The position numbers and the translations under genes are program-made. A stretch of 62,952 nt of DNA, the filler included, from Rhabdomonas costata (lineage: Eukaryota), in assembly GCA_019059605.1 (NCBI GenBank). It is 50 parts of 50 records of this genome, joined end to end, with 100 filler letters (N's around TTAATTAATTAA, not from the genome) between each part and the next. Parts side by side here need not be neighbours in the genome. Positions count along the whole stretch, not along the records: positions 11,355 to 12,516 come from JAHMHO010025598.1; positions 12,617 to 13,778 come from JAHMHO010025599.1; positions 13,879 to 15,040 come from JAHMHO010025600.1; positions 15,141 to 16,302 come from JAHMHO010025601.1; positions 16,403 to 17,564 come from JAHMHO010025602.1; positions 17,665 to 18,825 come from JAHMHO010025603.1; positions 18,926 to 20,086 come from JAHMHO010025604.1; positions 20,187 to 21,347 come from JAHMHO010025605.1; 42 more parts are not named here. One strand, written 5' to 3'. Position 1 is the first letter of the stretch, and each line of letters starts with the position of its first letter. Below are positions 12,081-23,223 of this stretch, piece by piece. Under the pieces are notes generated by a model. That model ran no database searches. It was given only the letters and a program-made list of their open reading frames with translations, and had not been told where the DNA came from.

Positions 12081-13193
12081 TGAAATTGGGTTGAAAGGTA
12101 CGGAGAGATGCACAAAAAAATTAAACGGCATGCGCAATATATCCGTCACATCAGAAAAGGAAAAAAAGAAGGCCATCCATCAAAGCGGGTCATCAAAGGG
12201 AACACAGTGAGGGGAAAATCGGACTACAAAGGCATATGAGTGTAAAGGGTGTACAAAGGCATGTGAGTGAATCTTTTTGTGCCTAGTGGTTTGCCACCAA
12301 TCTCACGCGAGGCACAGAAGGAAAAACACCACAGAAACACGGCGGCAAGAAATACACAACAACAAAAAAGGAAAGGCCCAGGGTGAAGTCGGGGGTGAGG
12401 TTCAGGGCAGTATTAAAATTATGGACTCTCCCTTTTCCGCTGACCCCTGGCACTACCTAGTCACCGTGAACACGGCCCTCTCCAAAGAGAGCGGTGCTCC
12501 TCCACAACAGAGGCTGNNNNNNNNNNNNNNNNNNNNNNNNNNNNNNNNNNNNNNNNNNNNTTAATTAATTAANNNNNNNNNNNNNNNNNNNNNNNNNNNN
12601 NNNNNNNNNNNNNNNNTTGCGGGCAACCCACAAAGCAGTTTGGCCCCACGTCACCTTCACCTGGAACCTGAGTTCAAACTCGACTTTCCCAGACACAATG
12701 AATTTGTTCCACCCAGCGTGGCTACTCCTCAAACGCCAATCTCCTTCTGCTCTGGATTTTGGGAGAGTCTCCCGCGCCTGCGGTCTGCTGACCATCTTGC
12801 TGGTCCACCTTGAGCAGCTCGCACCTGGTCCAAAGATCCGTAGCCGCACGAGCGTGCACTGCCGGTTTCCCAGCTTTGTCACGAAGGCACCAGGGCAGGA
12901 ACACCACCAAGGTGCTGCAAAGGTGTCGCCTTAGACTGCTCCTAACATCCCCCAAATTGCCCCCTAATTGCCCAAAGCCCTTAAAAAAAACTGAAGAAAA
13001 AAATGCCCAAGTTGCCCCTCATTTTCTGGCAAATGCCTAGGGCAATTGCCCGAAGGTTGGCCTTGCCCGGGTTTCTGTCTTTCTTTCTTTCTTTTTCACA
13101 ATGTTAGGGTCTCCCCAAACCCCTGAAACCCCTGGCAGACTCGCCAAGCGGGGGCCCGAGCTCCTGTTTGCCTCAGGGCCAGCAGAGCACCCG

Positions 13194-13624
13194 GTGATGT
13201 CTTCATTAGCCAACTTCTGACTTCCCTGACCTCAACGAAAACCAACTGAGCTGTGCACCTGGCCTTTCGTTTCTTTACGCCCCGACTTCCGCGGAAGTGA
13301 TGCCCTTTGTGAAGTGAACTGCTGAGTTTCTGAGGAAAGAGCCAGCTGAGCTGCTTTTCCTTTCTTTTCGACCCCCCACCCCTCCTTCCCTCCCCGAGTT
13401 TTTACGTGTACGTGCAACCCTACAGGGCACTCTTGTGTTGCAGTGTGGCACACAAGTGAGTGCGTGCAACCCTACAGGGCACCCTTAGTTTTTTTTGGCG
13501 CGGGGGGCTGGGAGGCGGGGAGCAGCGGCCGGACAGAAGGAAGCTGGTGTGGCTTTTTCGCTGCCAGTGATGTCTTTATTAGCCAACTTCTGACTTTCCG
13601 TGACTTCCGAGAATACCAACTGAG
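13194..13624 (+). repeat. Imperfect ~57-bp direct repeat (13194-13250 / 13567-13624) enclosing an exact 20-bp direct repeat (13411-13430 / 13463-13482)
   Basis: GTGATGTCTT(C/T)ATTAGCCAACTTCTGACTT...ACCAACTGAG occurs twice; CGTGCAACCCTACAGGGCAC occurs twice. Confidence 0.85.
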
Positions 13625-14147
13625 TCGGCGAAGAGGTCTCCTCTCTGGGAGTTGGTTTGGCTTTTTCGACACCGTTGCCTTCTTTTCGTTCGCAGCCAAA
13701 GAGAAACAGAGTGCCCCCCCCTCCCTGGCTTCAGGGGTTGTTTCGGGTTGTTGTGCGGCGCGTGTTTTCCGGAGCGGANNNNNNNNNNNNNNNNNNNNNN
13801 NNNNNNNNNNNNNNNNNNNNNNTTAATTAATTAANNNNNNNNNNNNNNNNNNNNNNNNNNNNNNNNNNNNNNNNNNNNGTGGGTGGGTGTAACCCCAAGG
13901 GAAGTTGCTGCCTCTCTAGGAGACTGCATAGGAATTCTATTAGATGATTCGGAAGCGGCGACGCTGCTGCCCTGTAGATGGAAAAAAGAAGGGGGGGGGG
14001 ATATTTTCATGCCAACTTCGGTCTTAGGCCTTTAAGGCTCGGCTCGCTCCCCTTTCACCCTAGTTTGCCCACTCACACAAAGAGATTTACTTCAAAAGAT
14101 TACTTTGTCTTTGGGGGCCGACGCGTCCTTCTTCTTTTCACACACAG

Positions 14148-14769
14148 AACCCGCAGTGCGGGGCGAAGTTCAAAGACGAGGAGATGCCGATGGACCTGGA
14201 GAAGCACATGCAGGAAAAGGTGCTGACAACGTACTTCGGCAACGCCACCGAGACCAGGGTCATCACCGTGGAGTATACCGAGGCACGCGCACACTCACAC
14301 ACGTCCGACCTCCACTCCACTCCAGGGGCGCCACTGTCGTTCAGCCCTGTGCCAGGCGCAGTGCTCCCCTCTCTTCTTCCGCGTTGTTTTAGCGCTTCGG
14401 AGCTGACCTGTTTTGGTCGCATTGCGCCGCTCTTTTGACTCTTGCATATCTGCACTTTTGAACTATTTGCACCATATATTCCATCCTCCCCGCCAATAGA
14501 AGGTTAAGCCCTGTTGGACTTTGTGCCCGAAAGTTTAGATTCTTGTTTTCCGCGCAGCTAGGGGCTGAGAAATGGGAGTGGGTGTGTACTTTTGCCCCCC
14601 TATGAAAGGCCATGGAGATCGCGTGTGACCGGTACCTGGGGCCAATGCACTGGCTTTCGGCGATGGTAGTATACGCGCAGCTGGCGCAGCACCACAACAT
14701 GCTCAACCACAACGAGAAGCCCTCCAGCACGGGCCAGGACTGCGTGGCCTGGGCCGACCGCCTCGCCAG
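14148..14769 (+). CDS. Two exons (14148-14282, 14609-14769) of an unknown protein, possibly a SET/SMYD C-terminal region; GC-AG intron
   Basis: NPQCGAKFKDEEMPMDLEKHMQEKVLTTYFGNATETRVITVEYTE|AMEIACDRYLGPMHWLSAMVVYAQL. GC3-rich codons, cag| and aag| acceptors, donor GAG|gcacgc. The SMYD guess rests only on the LGPxHW motif. Confidence 0.6.
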
Positions 14770-16206
14770 GTGTGTGTGCCACACACGCGCACATAAATGA
14801 AGTTGCACTAAGTCCATTGACAAAACATGCATAAATTAGCTTTTGAAGTTATGTTGCCAACAAGGGTGAAAGCCCGTTGCCAAGCGGCAAGCCTTGAGTC
14901 GCGAGAAAAATGCCGACAAGTGATGGTTCCCAGGCCCCGATGGCAGCTGCAAATCGAGGAGTTCCAGTCTCTTCCGATTCTGGTCCCTCTGCGTTTCTCC
15001 CTCAGATATCCTGAGCAGCCTCCAACCGAAAGCTTAGGCTNNNNNNNNNNNNNNNNNNNNNNNNNNNNNNNNNNNNNNNNNNNNTTAATTAATTAANNNN
15101 NNNNNNNNNNNNNNNNNNNNNNNNNNNNNNNNNNNNNNNNGGGGTTTGGGAGGACGCGGAGGGATGCCCCCCAACTCCATCTCAGGGCACAGGTTGTTTG
15201 AGAAATCAGGAGAGGGAGCACGGCCGCCCTTTTGTGCCCTTTGTCATTATGAAAACGCGAAAGGTCAGGGAGAGCTTTCTATCAGCGGATACGCCGCCGT
15301 GCCGGGATTCATGTTTCTTTTACCCAGAAAACTACATTCCAGTGAAACTTTCAACGTGAAACTTTCGCTCAATGAAATTTATTTGTCACTTTCGTGAAAG
15401 TGACAAATAAATTTCAACCAACAGTTCTTTTTCCTTCTACCAAAGGCTGTCTGGGACCGCTTCGTAGTCAGAGCTCGCAAGGGTGACAACCGCTGAGATA
15501 AGGTTGTGGCCACGCTATTCTGCGCAACACTAAGCCGTTTTTTAAAACTGAGGTTTTTCCGTGTTTTTCTTTCTAGTTTCCCTCTTTGATCATTTGACCT
15601 CCACGCATTCTCCACCTAACGCTTTTCCTTAGTTGCCAGTGTAAGTTATTGCATTGCCTACGGCCCGGACCATGAACAACCTGTGCGCTGCTGCCGTGAC
15701 CTCTTTTTTTGAAGAAAAAACTGAGGTTTTCATTTTATAGCCGTTTTTCCTTCTTCTGGGGGTATGCGGGCAAAGGGTCATCTTGGTGTTTTTGTGTGGT
15801 CATCATTGATGGGACGTTTCAGCAGCCCAAACAGTTCTACCAAAATACTAAAGGAAAGAAATTCGTTTTACTGTTTGATGGACCATAAAATCGAGCTCTG
15901 AAGCTTGTTTTGGGCGAAGGATAGAGAGATCTGAAAGTGGAGCGAAGGAGGCGAGCCAACATGTTTTTTCGCAAGTGCTGGCCTTGCACCTAACCTTTTC
16001 AAAACAGTTTTTAGCCAAGCCTGCAGGCAACCAACCACGAATGGCTGCGGGTTGCCAAGGCTTTCAGTGAAGCTCTTTATTCAAACACGGGCGAACTGGG
16101 CAAAAATAGAAATAAAAAAGAGGTCGGAGGTCTCGTGGCTGAAGCAGCAAGAAGGTGCAGGCTTGGGTGTAAGCGTCGTGCATTGGGTCAGCGAGGCTTG
16201 TTGTGA

Positions 16207-16293
16207 TACCCACGTTCTTGACCTCAGGGAGCGTCCACAAAGGAAAAAGGTTATATTGAAGAAAAACAGGTCTTTTGGTCAAGAACGTGGGTA
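16207..16293. repeat. Perfect 17-bp inverted repeat at contig end (16207-16223 / 16277-16293), 53-nt spacer
   Basis: TACCCACGTTCTTGACC / GGTCAAGAACGTGGGTA. Confidence 0.9.
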
Positions 16294-16439
16294 ACACAAC
16301 ACNNNNNNNNNNNNNNNNNNNNNNNNNNNNNNNNNNNNNNNNNNNNTTAATTAATTAANNNNNNNNNNNNNNNNNNNNNNNNNNNNNNNNNNNNNNNNNN
16401 NNGGTTTGGGTTGGCCTGCTCTCCTCCGCCGCTCCCCAC

Positions 16440-16610
16440 GGGCTGCTTAGTGCCCCTCTGCGGCCCGAGAGCCTCTCCGCGGATTTGCTGTACCGTATGA
16501 GCTGCGCCTTCCCAGCGCTGACGGCGCAGTACCTGGACCAGGCCTTTCATTTAATGGAGAAGCTGCTGCTGCACACCGAGGGGGACCCGCACGAGGCAGC
16601 GATGATCGAG
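16440..16610 (+). CDS. Probable exon of unknown protein (5' boundary uncertain)
   Basis: GC3-rich frame GLLSAPLRPESLSADLLYRMSCAFPALTAQYLDQAFHLMEKLLLHTEGDPHEAAMIE ending GAG|gt. Confidence 0.4.
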
Positions 16611-17739
16611 GTTTTGGATGGGCAGGGCTGGGAACGGAAAGGTGGGGGTTGTCTATGATGCCCAGTGTGGCATAGACAACCCCCACATAGACCGTGCACT
16701 GACTTGCGGTCTTAGTGATGCTGGAAGTAAGGATCGCCCGTGGTCCACCTCGGTAATTTGTTGTTATCCTCGACGAACAGCCCAGAAACGGCTTCTCGAG
16801 CAGCCCCTCAGCAAAGTAACGGCTGCAAAAGAATGCAATTTAGGCTGCGGTGCGCATACGCGCCGCGGCGAAGTAATGACCCCAGACTTCAGTGTTGGCG
16901 TGGAGGGGTGAAGGGGTGTGCACTGTGATTGTCAGTTGGCCACAGTGTCCTTGTCCTTTGGGGCTTTCCAGGAGTGCACAACACAATGTCAGAGCAGAGT
17001 TATTCGAATTGTAATAGGCCCGCCCTCACTGACGACACTACCCTGCTCGTCTTCCAATGTAAGAAGCAAATGAAGTTGCTGCTCTTAGGGATGTGGTCAA
17101 GTGGGGATGAGCTCCAAGCCGTGGGGACTTGAGGTTTTCTTCGTTTCACTTAGGGACAGTTCTTGTTTTTTCATCTGTGTATGTTTGTGCGATGAAAATA
17201 CGGAGAGGAAACACAAACGCACGCACACACAACACACGCACGTGAAGGGGAAGGTGAAAAGAAAAACTTCCCCTTACCCAGAGAGAGAGAGAGAGAAGAC
17301 TTGCGCAGGGTGCTCGCAGGGTCCTGTGGCACTGTTGTCAGACGTGGGGTGCCGAGTTACCATACAACCGGCCAGGGCCAGCACCCTCCCTCGGTAAGGA
17401 TTCCCGTATCACTGGCAAATCGCACAGCAAGAATGTTCTACCAAGCAGACCGAAAAGGGAAGAATCTTGCGGGCCAGATTCTCGGGATATCCCATGGCCA
17501 GAGTGATCTTTGGAGAACCTTTCCCTCACCCAACCGTGAAACGGGAAATAAAAAACCCAACCACNNNNNNNNNNNNNNNNNNNNNNNNNNNNNNNNNNNN
17601 NNNNNNNNTTAATTAATTAANNNNNNNNNNNNNNNNNNNNNNNNNNNNNNNNNNNNNNNNNNNNGTTGTGGGTGGAAAAAATTGAACGTTTTTTTATTTT
17701 TCAGCGCTTCCAACTCATTGGGAATTTGACATTCAAATT

Positions 17740-18825
17740 GGGAATTTGGTAATTGGACGCAAGCTCCAGCGAGTACTCGACGACGATCACCCCAGTTGGC
17801 ACATGCTGCAAATAGACCTTTCCATGCCTTTAACAGCGTTGGCCCACAGGCGATGCGGTCCGCCAATTCCAGCCTTGTTCCAGAGCTTCGACCTTGGTTC
17901 GAGTACACGCACTGCCAGCCCTCGTCACGGCGAACTGCTCTCTTTTGTCACGGCAAACTGCTTTCCTCTTCCCAAGGAACACAGCAGGGTGACCCGTTGG
18001 GGCCCGCATTCTTTGCGCTGGCCATACATGAGGTGATCTGCTCGACATCCCGCCTGCCAGGCATCGAGTGGCAGGTATGGTACCTGGACGACGGTGTCCT
18101 AGTCGGGGATCCCGAGGCTCTGACTGGTGCTCTCCAGAAACTCACAGCCAAGTCTTCACAGCTCGGCCTTAGAGTGAATTTGAAAAAGTACAAGCTCTGG
18201 AGCCCTCAAAGCATTCTTACGATCGAGAGCCCGGTTCCCGTCCCCAATTGGTCGACACAGAAGCTCGTTTTGGGAACACCGTTTGGTTTGTGCGAAGCAA
18301 TTCAGAAGTTCTTCTGCACGGTGCGCGGTGCGCGCTCAACATCACGAGTTGCTGCAGCGGCTTGCAAGTTCCCAGATCCGCAAGTAGCCATATCACTGCT
18401 GCGTTATTGCTTGGGAGCCCTTGTTGCGGGTTCCACCCGACAGCGAGACAGCCCTCCCACAAGACGTGCTTTGGTCTGCAGCTCGAGAGCTTGGCAATCA
18501 AATCGAGTCACTTGTTTCATCTCAATGGCTTGCTCAGCTCTCACTTCCGACTCCGGACCGAGTCAACAAAGACCAGCTCCTCGCATAAGTTGTGGATGGT
18601 TCAGGAGCACTCCAAGTTGCGGCAAGGTCTCGTGAAATAAGTGCCACTTCGAGACAAAGTGCATCACAAGTGAAGCTCAGCAGCACGCCGGTGCCTGGCT
18701 GGATGTTCTATGCAATGCGAACCTTGGTTTTCACTTTGGCAAAGGGGGAGTTCCTGCTGCTAACCCATTTTCATCTGGGTCTTCCTCTTCTCCCAGCAGC
18801 AACAGCGGGAAATCCCTGTGACCAG
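17740..18825 (+). mobile_element. CRE/SLACS/CZAR-like non-LTR retrotransposon reverse transcriptase, frameshifted
   Basis: LQIDLS/(N)AFNSV (frameshift near 17824), SSQGTQQGDPLGPAFFALAIH, VWYLDDG, GLRVNLKK, VLGTPFG, DPQVAISLLRYC, later AGAWL and HLGLPL. Confidence 0.88.
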
Positions 18826-20186
18826 NNNNNNNNNNNNNNNNNNNNNNNNNNNNNNNNNNNNNNNNNNNNTTAATTAATTAANNNNNNNNNNNNNNNNNNN
18901 NNNNNNNNNNNNNNNNNNNNNNNNNGGAATAAAGAATCGCAGGTCTCGAACTTTTTGTCACTAGGGAGCAGTCCGATGAAATGTTAACACAAGGCGATGG
19001 GTGCATACCGGACGGCGACGGCGTCTGGCAGCTACCGCTGCCCACGGCCCACGGCAGGAAATTATCGGTGTTCCGTCTATTGGTGGAACTGTGTGTCTTT
19101 TTAAGCGACTTGCGCATTGGTCAGCGTGTAAATAAGTTGCAATTTGCTAAAGAATCTCCCGATGAGTCTGTAGATTGCACTCGGCGTACTTTGCCTGATA
19201 CTGCAGTATCTAACTATGTCTGGGATGCACGGATTGCAACGGAACAGCCGTTGCTTAAAGGATGGTATACGCTAAAAATTCTGGCGTCAGTGCAACTGAA
19301 ACCTGGAGGTTACGTGGTTGCCAACTGTGGCAATGATTATCAACTGCAACGGCGATTAACATGATCAAAGAACTGGACCCCCACATCCAGCGCTAGGTGG
19401 TGAATGATACTAATCCATTCAGCGCGGAAGGGTTCGATGAGCATTCATGGTAGTCTTTTAGCGCAGCAGCGCCACGCGTGCAGCTGTCTGCTCCAGGCGC
19501 TAAGCCGGAGTACGCGCAGTTTGTGAATAATTTAGTGGCGTAGTTTTAGCAGCCGATGCCATTCGAAACGGTGAGGCACACACCAGAACTACCTTTGGCT
19601 CTTTGCAAAGATTGCCTTATAACGCATTGGGTCGCCACGTTTACCAGACGCTTGTGTAGAGCTGTTCTCCTAGACACGCGGACGCGCAGGTCAACAGTGA
19701 GCACCAAGACCGTGAGTACTGAGGTTGCCATAAAGGAATATACAGAAAAGGTGAGAGATCGATCCGATGGCGTCCAGCAAAAGCCGTCACTTTAAACGAA
19801 CAATTAGCACAGATTAGCGCGGAGATGGCCGGAAAACTGGCAATCGTTCTTTGTTGCCATTTTTCTTTGGTTGAGCCCGACGCATAAATTTATTGGGGAT
19901 TATTGCCCGTCAGGCAAAAAAAATAAGAATAAAAACACCCAGCCCCCCCGATACAACAGGACGAAACTGGAAATCACTCCCACCGACTTTTTCTATTAAT
20001 ACAGCAAAGGGTAGTCACAAAACATTGGAAACATTGGAAAACCAGCCGCAAAAGAATGCCAACGAGCAACGCAGATCACCGCCACCNNNNNNNNNNNNNN
20101 NNNNNNNNNNNNNNNNNNNNNNNNNNNNNNTTAATTAATTAANNNNNNNNNNNNNNNNNNNNNNNNNNNNNNNNNNNNNNNNNNNN

Positions 20187-20204
20187 GTGTTGGGGTGTGT
20201 TTGG
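20187..20204 (+). other. Residual WGA (GenomePlex-type) primer at contig start; also 23970-23985, 26492-26507, 37836-37851 and reverse at 2407-2423
   Basis: GTGTTGGGGTGTGTTTGG, GTGTTGGTGTGTTTGG and GTGTGGGTGTGTTTGG are single-base variants of GTGTTGGGTGTGTTTGG, always at the contig edge. Confidence 0.85.
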
Positions 20205-20248
20205 TGGTTTTTGGCCTCTTCTGCTGAACACACGGCGTCGCCACGCAC

Positions 20249-21061
20249 CGGATTCTGTAGCAGCATCGGAATGAATGTCTCGATCTCCAAGATTTGCGCG
20301 GCCTCTTCCATCACTATGGTGTCGTACTCAAACTTCAGGCGCACCATATCATGCCGCTGCACACAGACCCCCCCCCTCACGCATACCCCATGATGACCCT
20401 CCAGACCTTGCATAACTTAGAGCTTTAGTTTAGTTGTTATTCTTGTTGCTTTCCGTCGAGATCACCGCGGCTGAGCACAGCTGCAGCAGAAAAGCAAATG
20501 AAACGGTTCGCTTCGCCTGCAAGCATTTCCTGCAATTTTGACGAATCAGTTGTGGGGATTCGAAGCGTGGTAGGTGACAACGTGACCATGCACAAGCAGA
20601 CGGTCAAACCAAGCCTAACCGAAATATCAATGGCATGGTAGCGGTCTGAAAGCAGCAGTCAGCTCTCCCACCTTTAGCGCAGCAAAGGTGCAGGTCATCG
20701 CAATGATCTTGGCCTGGCGGCACAGGAGGTAGTTCCCGCGGTCGTAAGAAGTCTTGAACAGCTCAAACGCGCGGCAGTCCTCCAACTCCTCGAATCTTGA
20801 GCACACCCACCATCCCACTGCCATTCCTCCCTCCCCCTTAAAGAAAAATGTCACCGCCTGAGTGCTGCGAGCTCCACCTGTTCGTCCACTCTTCAGTCAC
20901 TTCAACAATCCCTGGGACACTAATAAAATCAGAAGGGAGGGGAGCAAAGAGTGGTCCGCACATCTTCTGAATGTGTCTCCAGCAACCCTCCGCGATGTAC
21001 CAGTTGTGCGCGAACGGCTCGGCCCAGTTAAACAGTTGCAGGACATCAGCGAAGACGGCAT
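20249..21061 (-). CDS. AQR: Intron-binding helicase Aquarius, three exons (21061-20962, 20795-20672, 20356-20249)
   Basis: [89 protein letters not shown]. Both introns are GT-AG and in frame. Confidence 0.95.
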
Positions 21062-21774
21062 CTGTGAGAAGGAGAGAGAAAATGATAGCCCCGGAGCGAA
21101 CCGGAAAAGCCATCCACGTGGGCCCACGTGGACAAGGCAACAGCGACAGGAGAAGTGAAAGAATTATTGCCGAGCAGGGCCCTCAGCGCAGCATCTAAGA
21201 TCGGGCGGTATCTCATTGCGTATGCATCGCCTGGGGGTACGCGTGTCCCAGCACGTGTATGCTTCCACTTAGTGGATGCCTCCCAGGGCGTGTGTGCGTC
21301 CTTGAGAGTCGATTTCCCCGATGTGTAGGCTCTTCCGCCCCCCACCCNNNNNNNNNNNNNNNNNNNNNNNNNNNNNNNNNNNNNNNNNNNNTTAATTAAT
21401 TAANNNNNNNNNNNNNNNNNNNNNNNNNNNNNNNNNNNNNNNNNNNNGGGTTGTTGTGGGCGAGCGATTGTCATTTGGAAGCCATATGGAGCTTTGTGCA
21501 GGACAAGCAAAGCGAGACATAGCGGCAGTGATTCTGCCCTGATTTGTGTGTGTTCACTACCTACCTGATCAAATAAAAGCACCAGAAGTACCCTTGAACA
21601 ACGTGTCAAACGCAGTTCCATCTAAGGGGACCAGGGAAGCTACCAGGTTACCCTGGACGGGGCTCTCGTCAAATGCATTTTCCAGCGCTGAGCTTCACCG
21701 CTTACGAATGCAACATGAAGCAAACGAAGGGGAGGGTACAACTGGGCAGAACTGGGAAATTCTTCTGGGAAAGG

Positions 21775-22584
21775 CTACGAGCACAAAAATCGAGCTACGA
21801 GTACAAAAATCGAGAACACCAAAAAGCGCCGGAAAGGAGAGGGTGGGGCAGGCAGCAACCTCATAAGAGAGGTTACGACCAAGGAAAGGATGACTCCCGC
21901 GTAGTACACGTACACCCCACCCAGCGGGACGACGTACACCCGCATCGTCACCACGCTGTTGACTGTGAACTTCAGCAGAACCGTCAGCAAGCCCACAAAG
22001 AAAGCATCCCCAATGCTCCACTTCCCCAGCCACTCCAAGGCGCGCACCGCGAAAAACCACAGCCGGGGGCCCTTTGTGGACGTGGAGGAGCTCAGCACCC
22101 ACCCAATGATCCACAGCAGCAGCAGGCAGGCATGATTGACGTGGGGCCAGATCCCGCTCAGAATCAGCAGCAGAGTGGCCAGCCCGTCCTCGTCCGTCTT
22201 GTACAGCTCTCGAATGCTGTCCCAGAGGGTCCACCGGGTCTGCGCCCCGGCAATGCGATCGGCGATCATTGCAGTCTCTGACCGGAGCTCATCTCCCACA
22301 AGGGAGCAAAACAGCGAGCCCACCTGTTGTCCGGCTTGCGGCTTGATTGTACCCGTCCTGTTATTCATCAAGTCGACGACGAGTTCGTCTGAAGAGGAGG
22401 TTGGGCTGAACGCCATCTGGGTTACGTTCATATGAGGGGAGCAGGACTCCGAAGCCGTCGGTGTCAACAAGACGGAAGAGATTAGGGAAGAGTCGCTGAT
22501 AACCATGGAGACCTTTCCCGAATACACGGACCCACCCGCGGGAAGGGTCCAGCTGGAGTTGCATGTGAAGCCGAGTCCAGCCAA
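21775..22584 (-). CDS. Membrane protein with PqiA (paraquat-inducible protein A)-like domain, probably 5'-truncated
   Basis: TLWDSIRELY...LATLLLILSGIWPHV...LEWLGKWSIGDAFFVGLL...GGVYVYYAGVILSLVVT matches the PqiA 'LGKWSM.DVF' motif and TM pattern. Confidence 0.75.
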   Translation of the reverse strand: MAGLGFTCNSSWTLPAGGSVYSGKVSMVISDSSLISSVLLTPTASESCSPHMNVTQMAFSPTSSSDELVVDLMNNRTGTIKPQAGQQVGSLFCSLVGDELRSETAMIADRIAGAQTRWTLWDSIRELYKTDEDGLATLLLILSGIWPHVNHACLLLLWIIGWVLSSSTSTKGPRLWFFAVRALEWLGKWSIGDAFFVGLLTVLLKFTVNSVVTMRVYVVPLGGVYVYYAGVILSLVVTSLMRLLPAPPSPFRRFLVFSIFVLVARFLCS

Positions 22585-22708
22585 TGTGAGACGGCTTCAC
22601 ACACAACANNNNNNNNNNNNNNNNNNNNNNNNNNNNNNNNNNNNNNNNNNNNTTAATTAATTAANNNNNNNNNNNNNNNNNNNNNNNNNNNNNNNNNNNN
22701 NNNNNNNN

Positions 22709-23223
22709 GGTTGGTTGTATCGGTGAGCGGCAACGTCCTCCGCAGGAACCCCCCACACCGTGGGGTCATCAGGGGCAAGGGTGAGGATCTCAATCGTGGA
22801 CTCCTCCGGAGGGCAGTGATGGATCAAGCCTGGTGCCTGAGCTGCTGCTGCTGCTGCTGCTCCTGCAGTGGGGCGAGGAGGAAGCTCCTTCAGAGACGCG
22901 GAGGTGATGTAGGCACCCACCGTGGGGATGGCCTGCCCCGGCTTTGCGTTGAAGACGCCATCGTAGGCCGCCTCCATGTCATAGGAGTCAAAGCACCAGT
23001 AGTTGGCGCGCTGGAAGCCGAACCGGGAGATCAGCTCCTGGGGCGGGACCCGCACCACGACGCAGGTGTTCACCATACCCGCGGCGGACTTCCCTGAGAG
23101 GACAATCTGGCGCTCCTTCTCCACAAGCTTGTCCACCCCCACCAGAGAGGTCATTATACGCTGCAGATCCCCAGCGGCGATCACCGCCTTGGCCTGCACC
23201 ACCTCTGGGCCCTTGCGGCGCTT
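22709..23223 (-). CDS. Exon of FAD-dependent oxidoreductase, phytoene desaturase/carotenoid isomerase/retinol saturase family
   Basis: EVVQAKAVIAAGDLQRIMTSLV...ANYWCFDSYD...AYITSASLK...STIEILTLAP; begins after tctgcag|. Confidence 0.7.
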
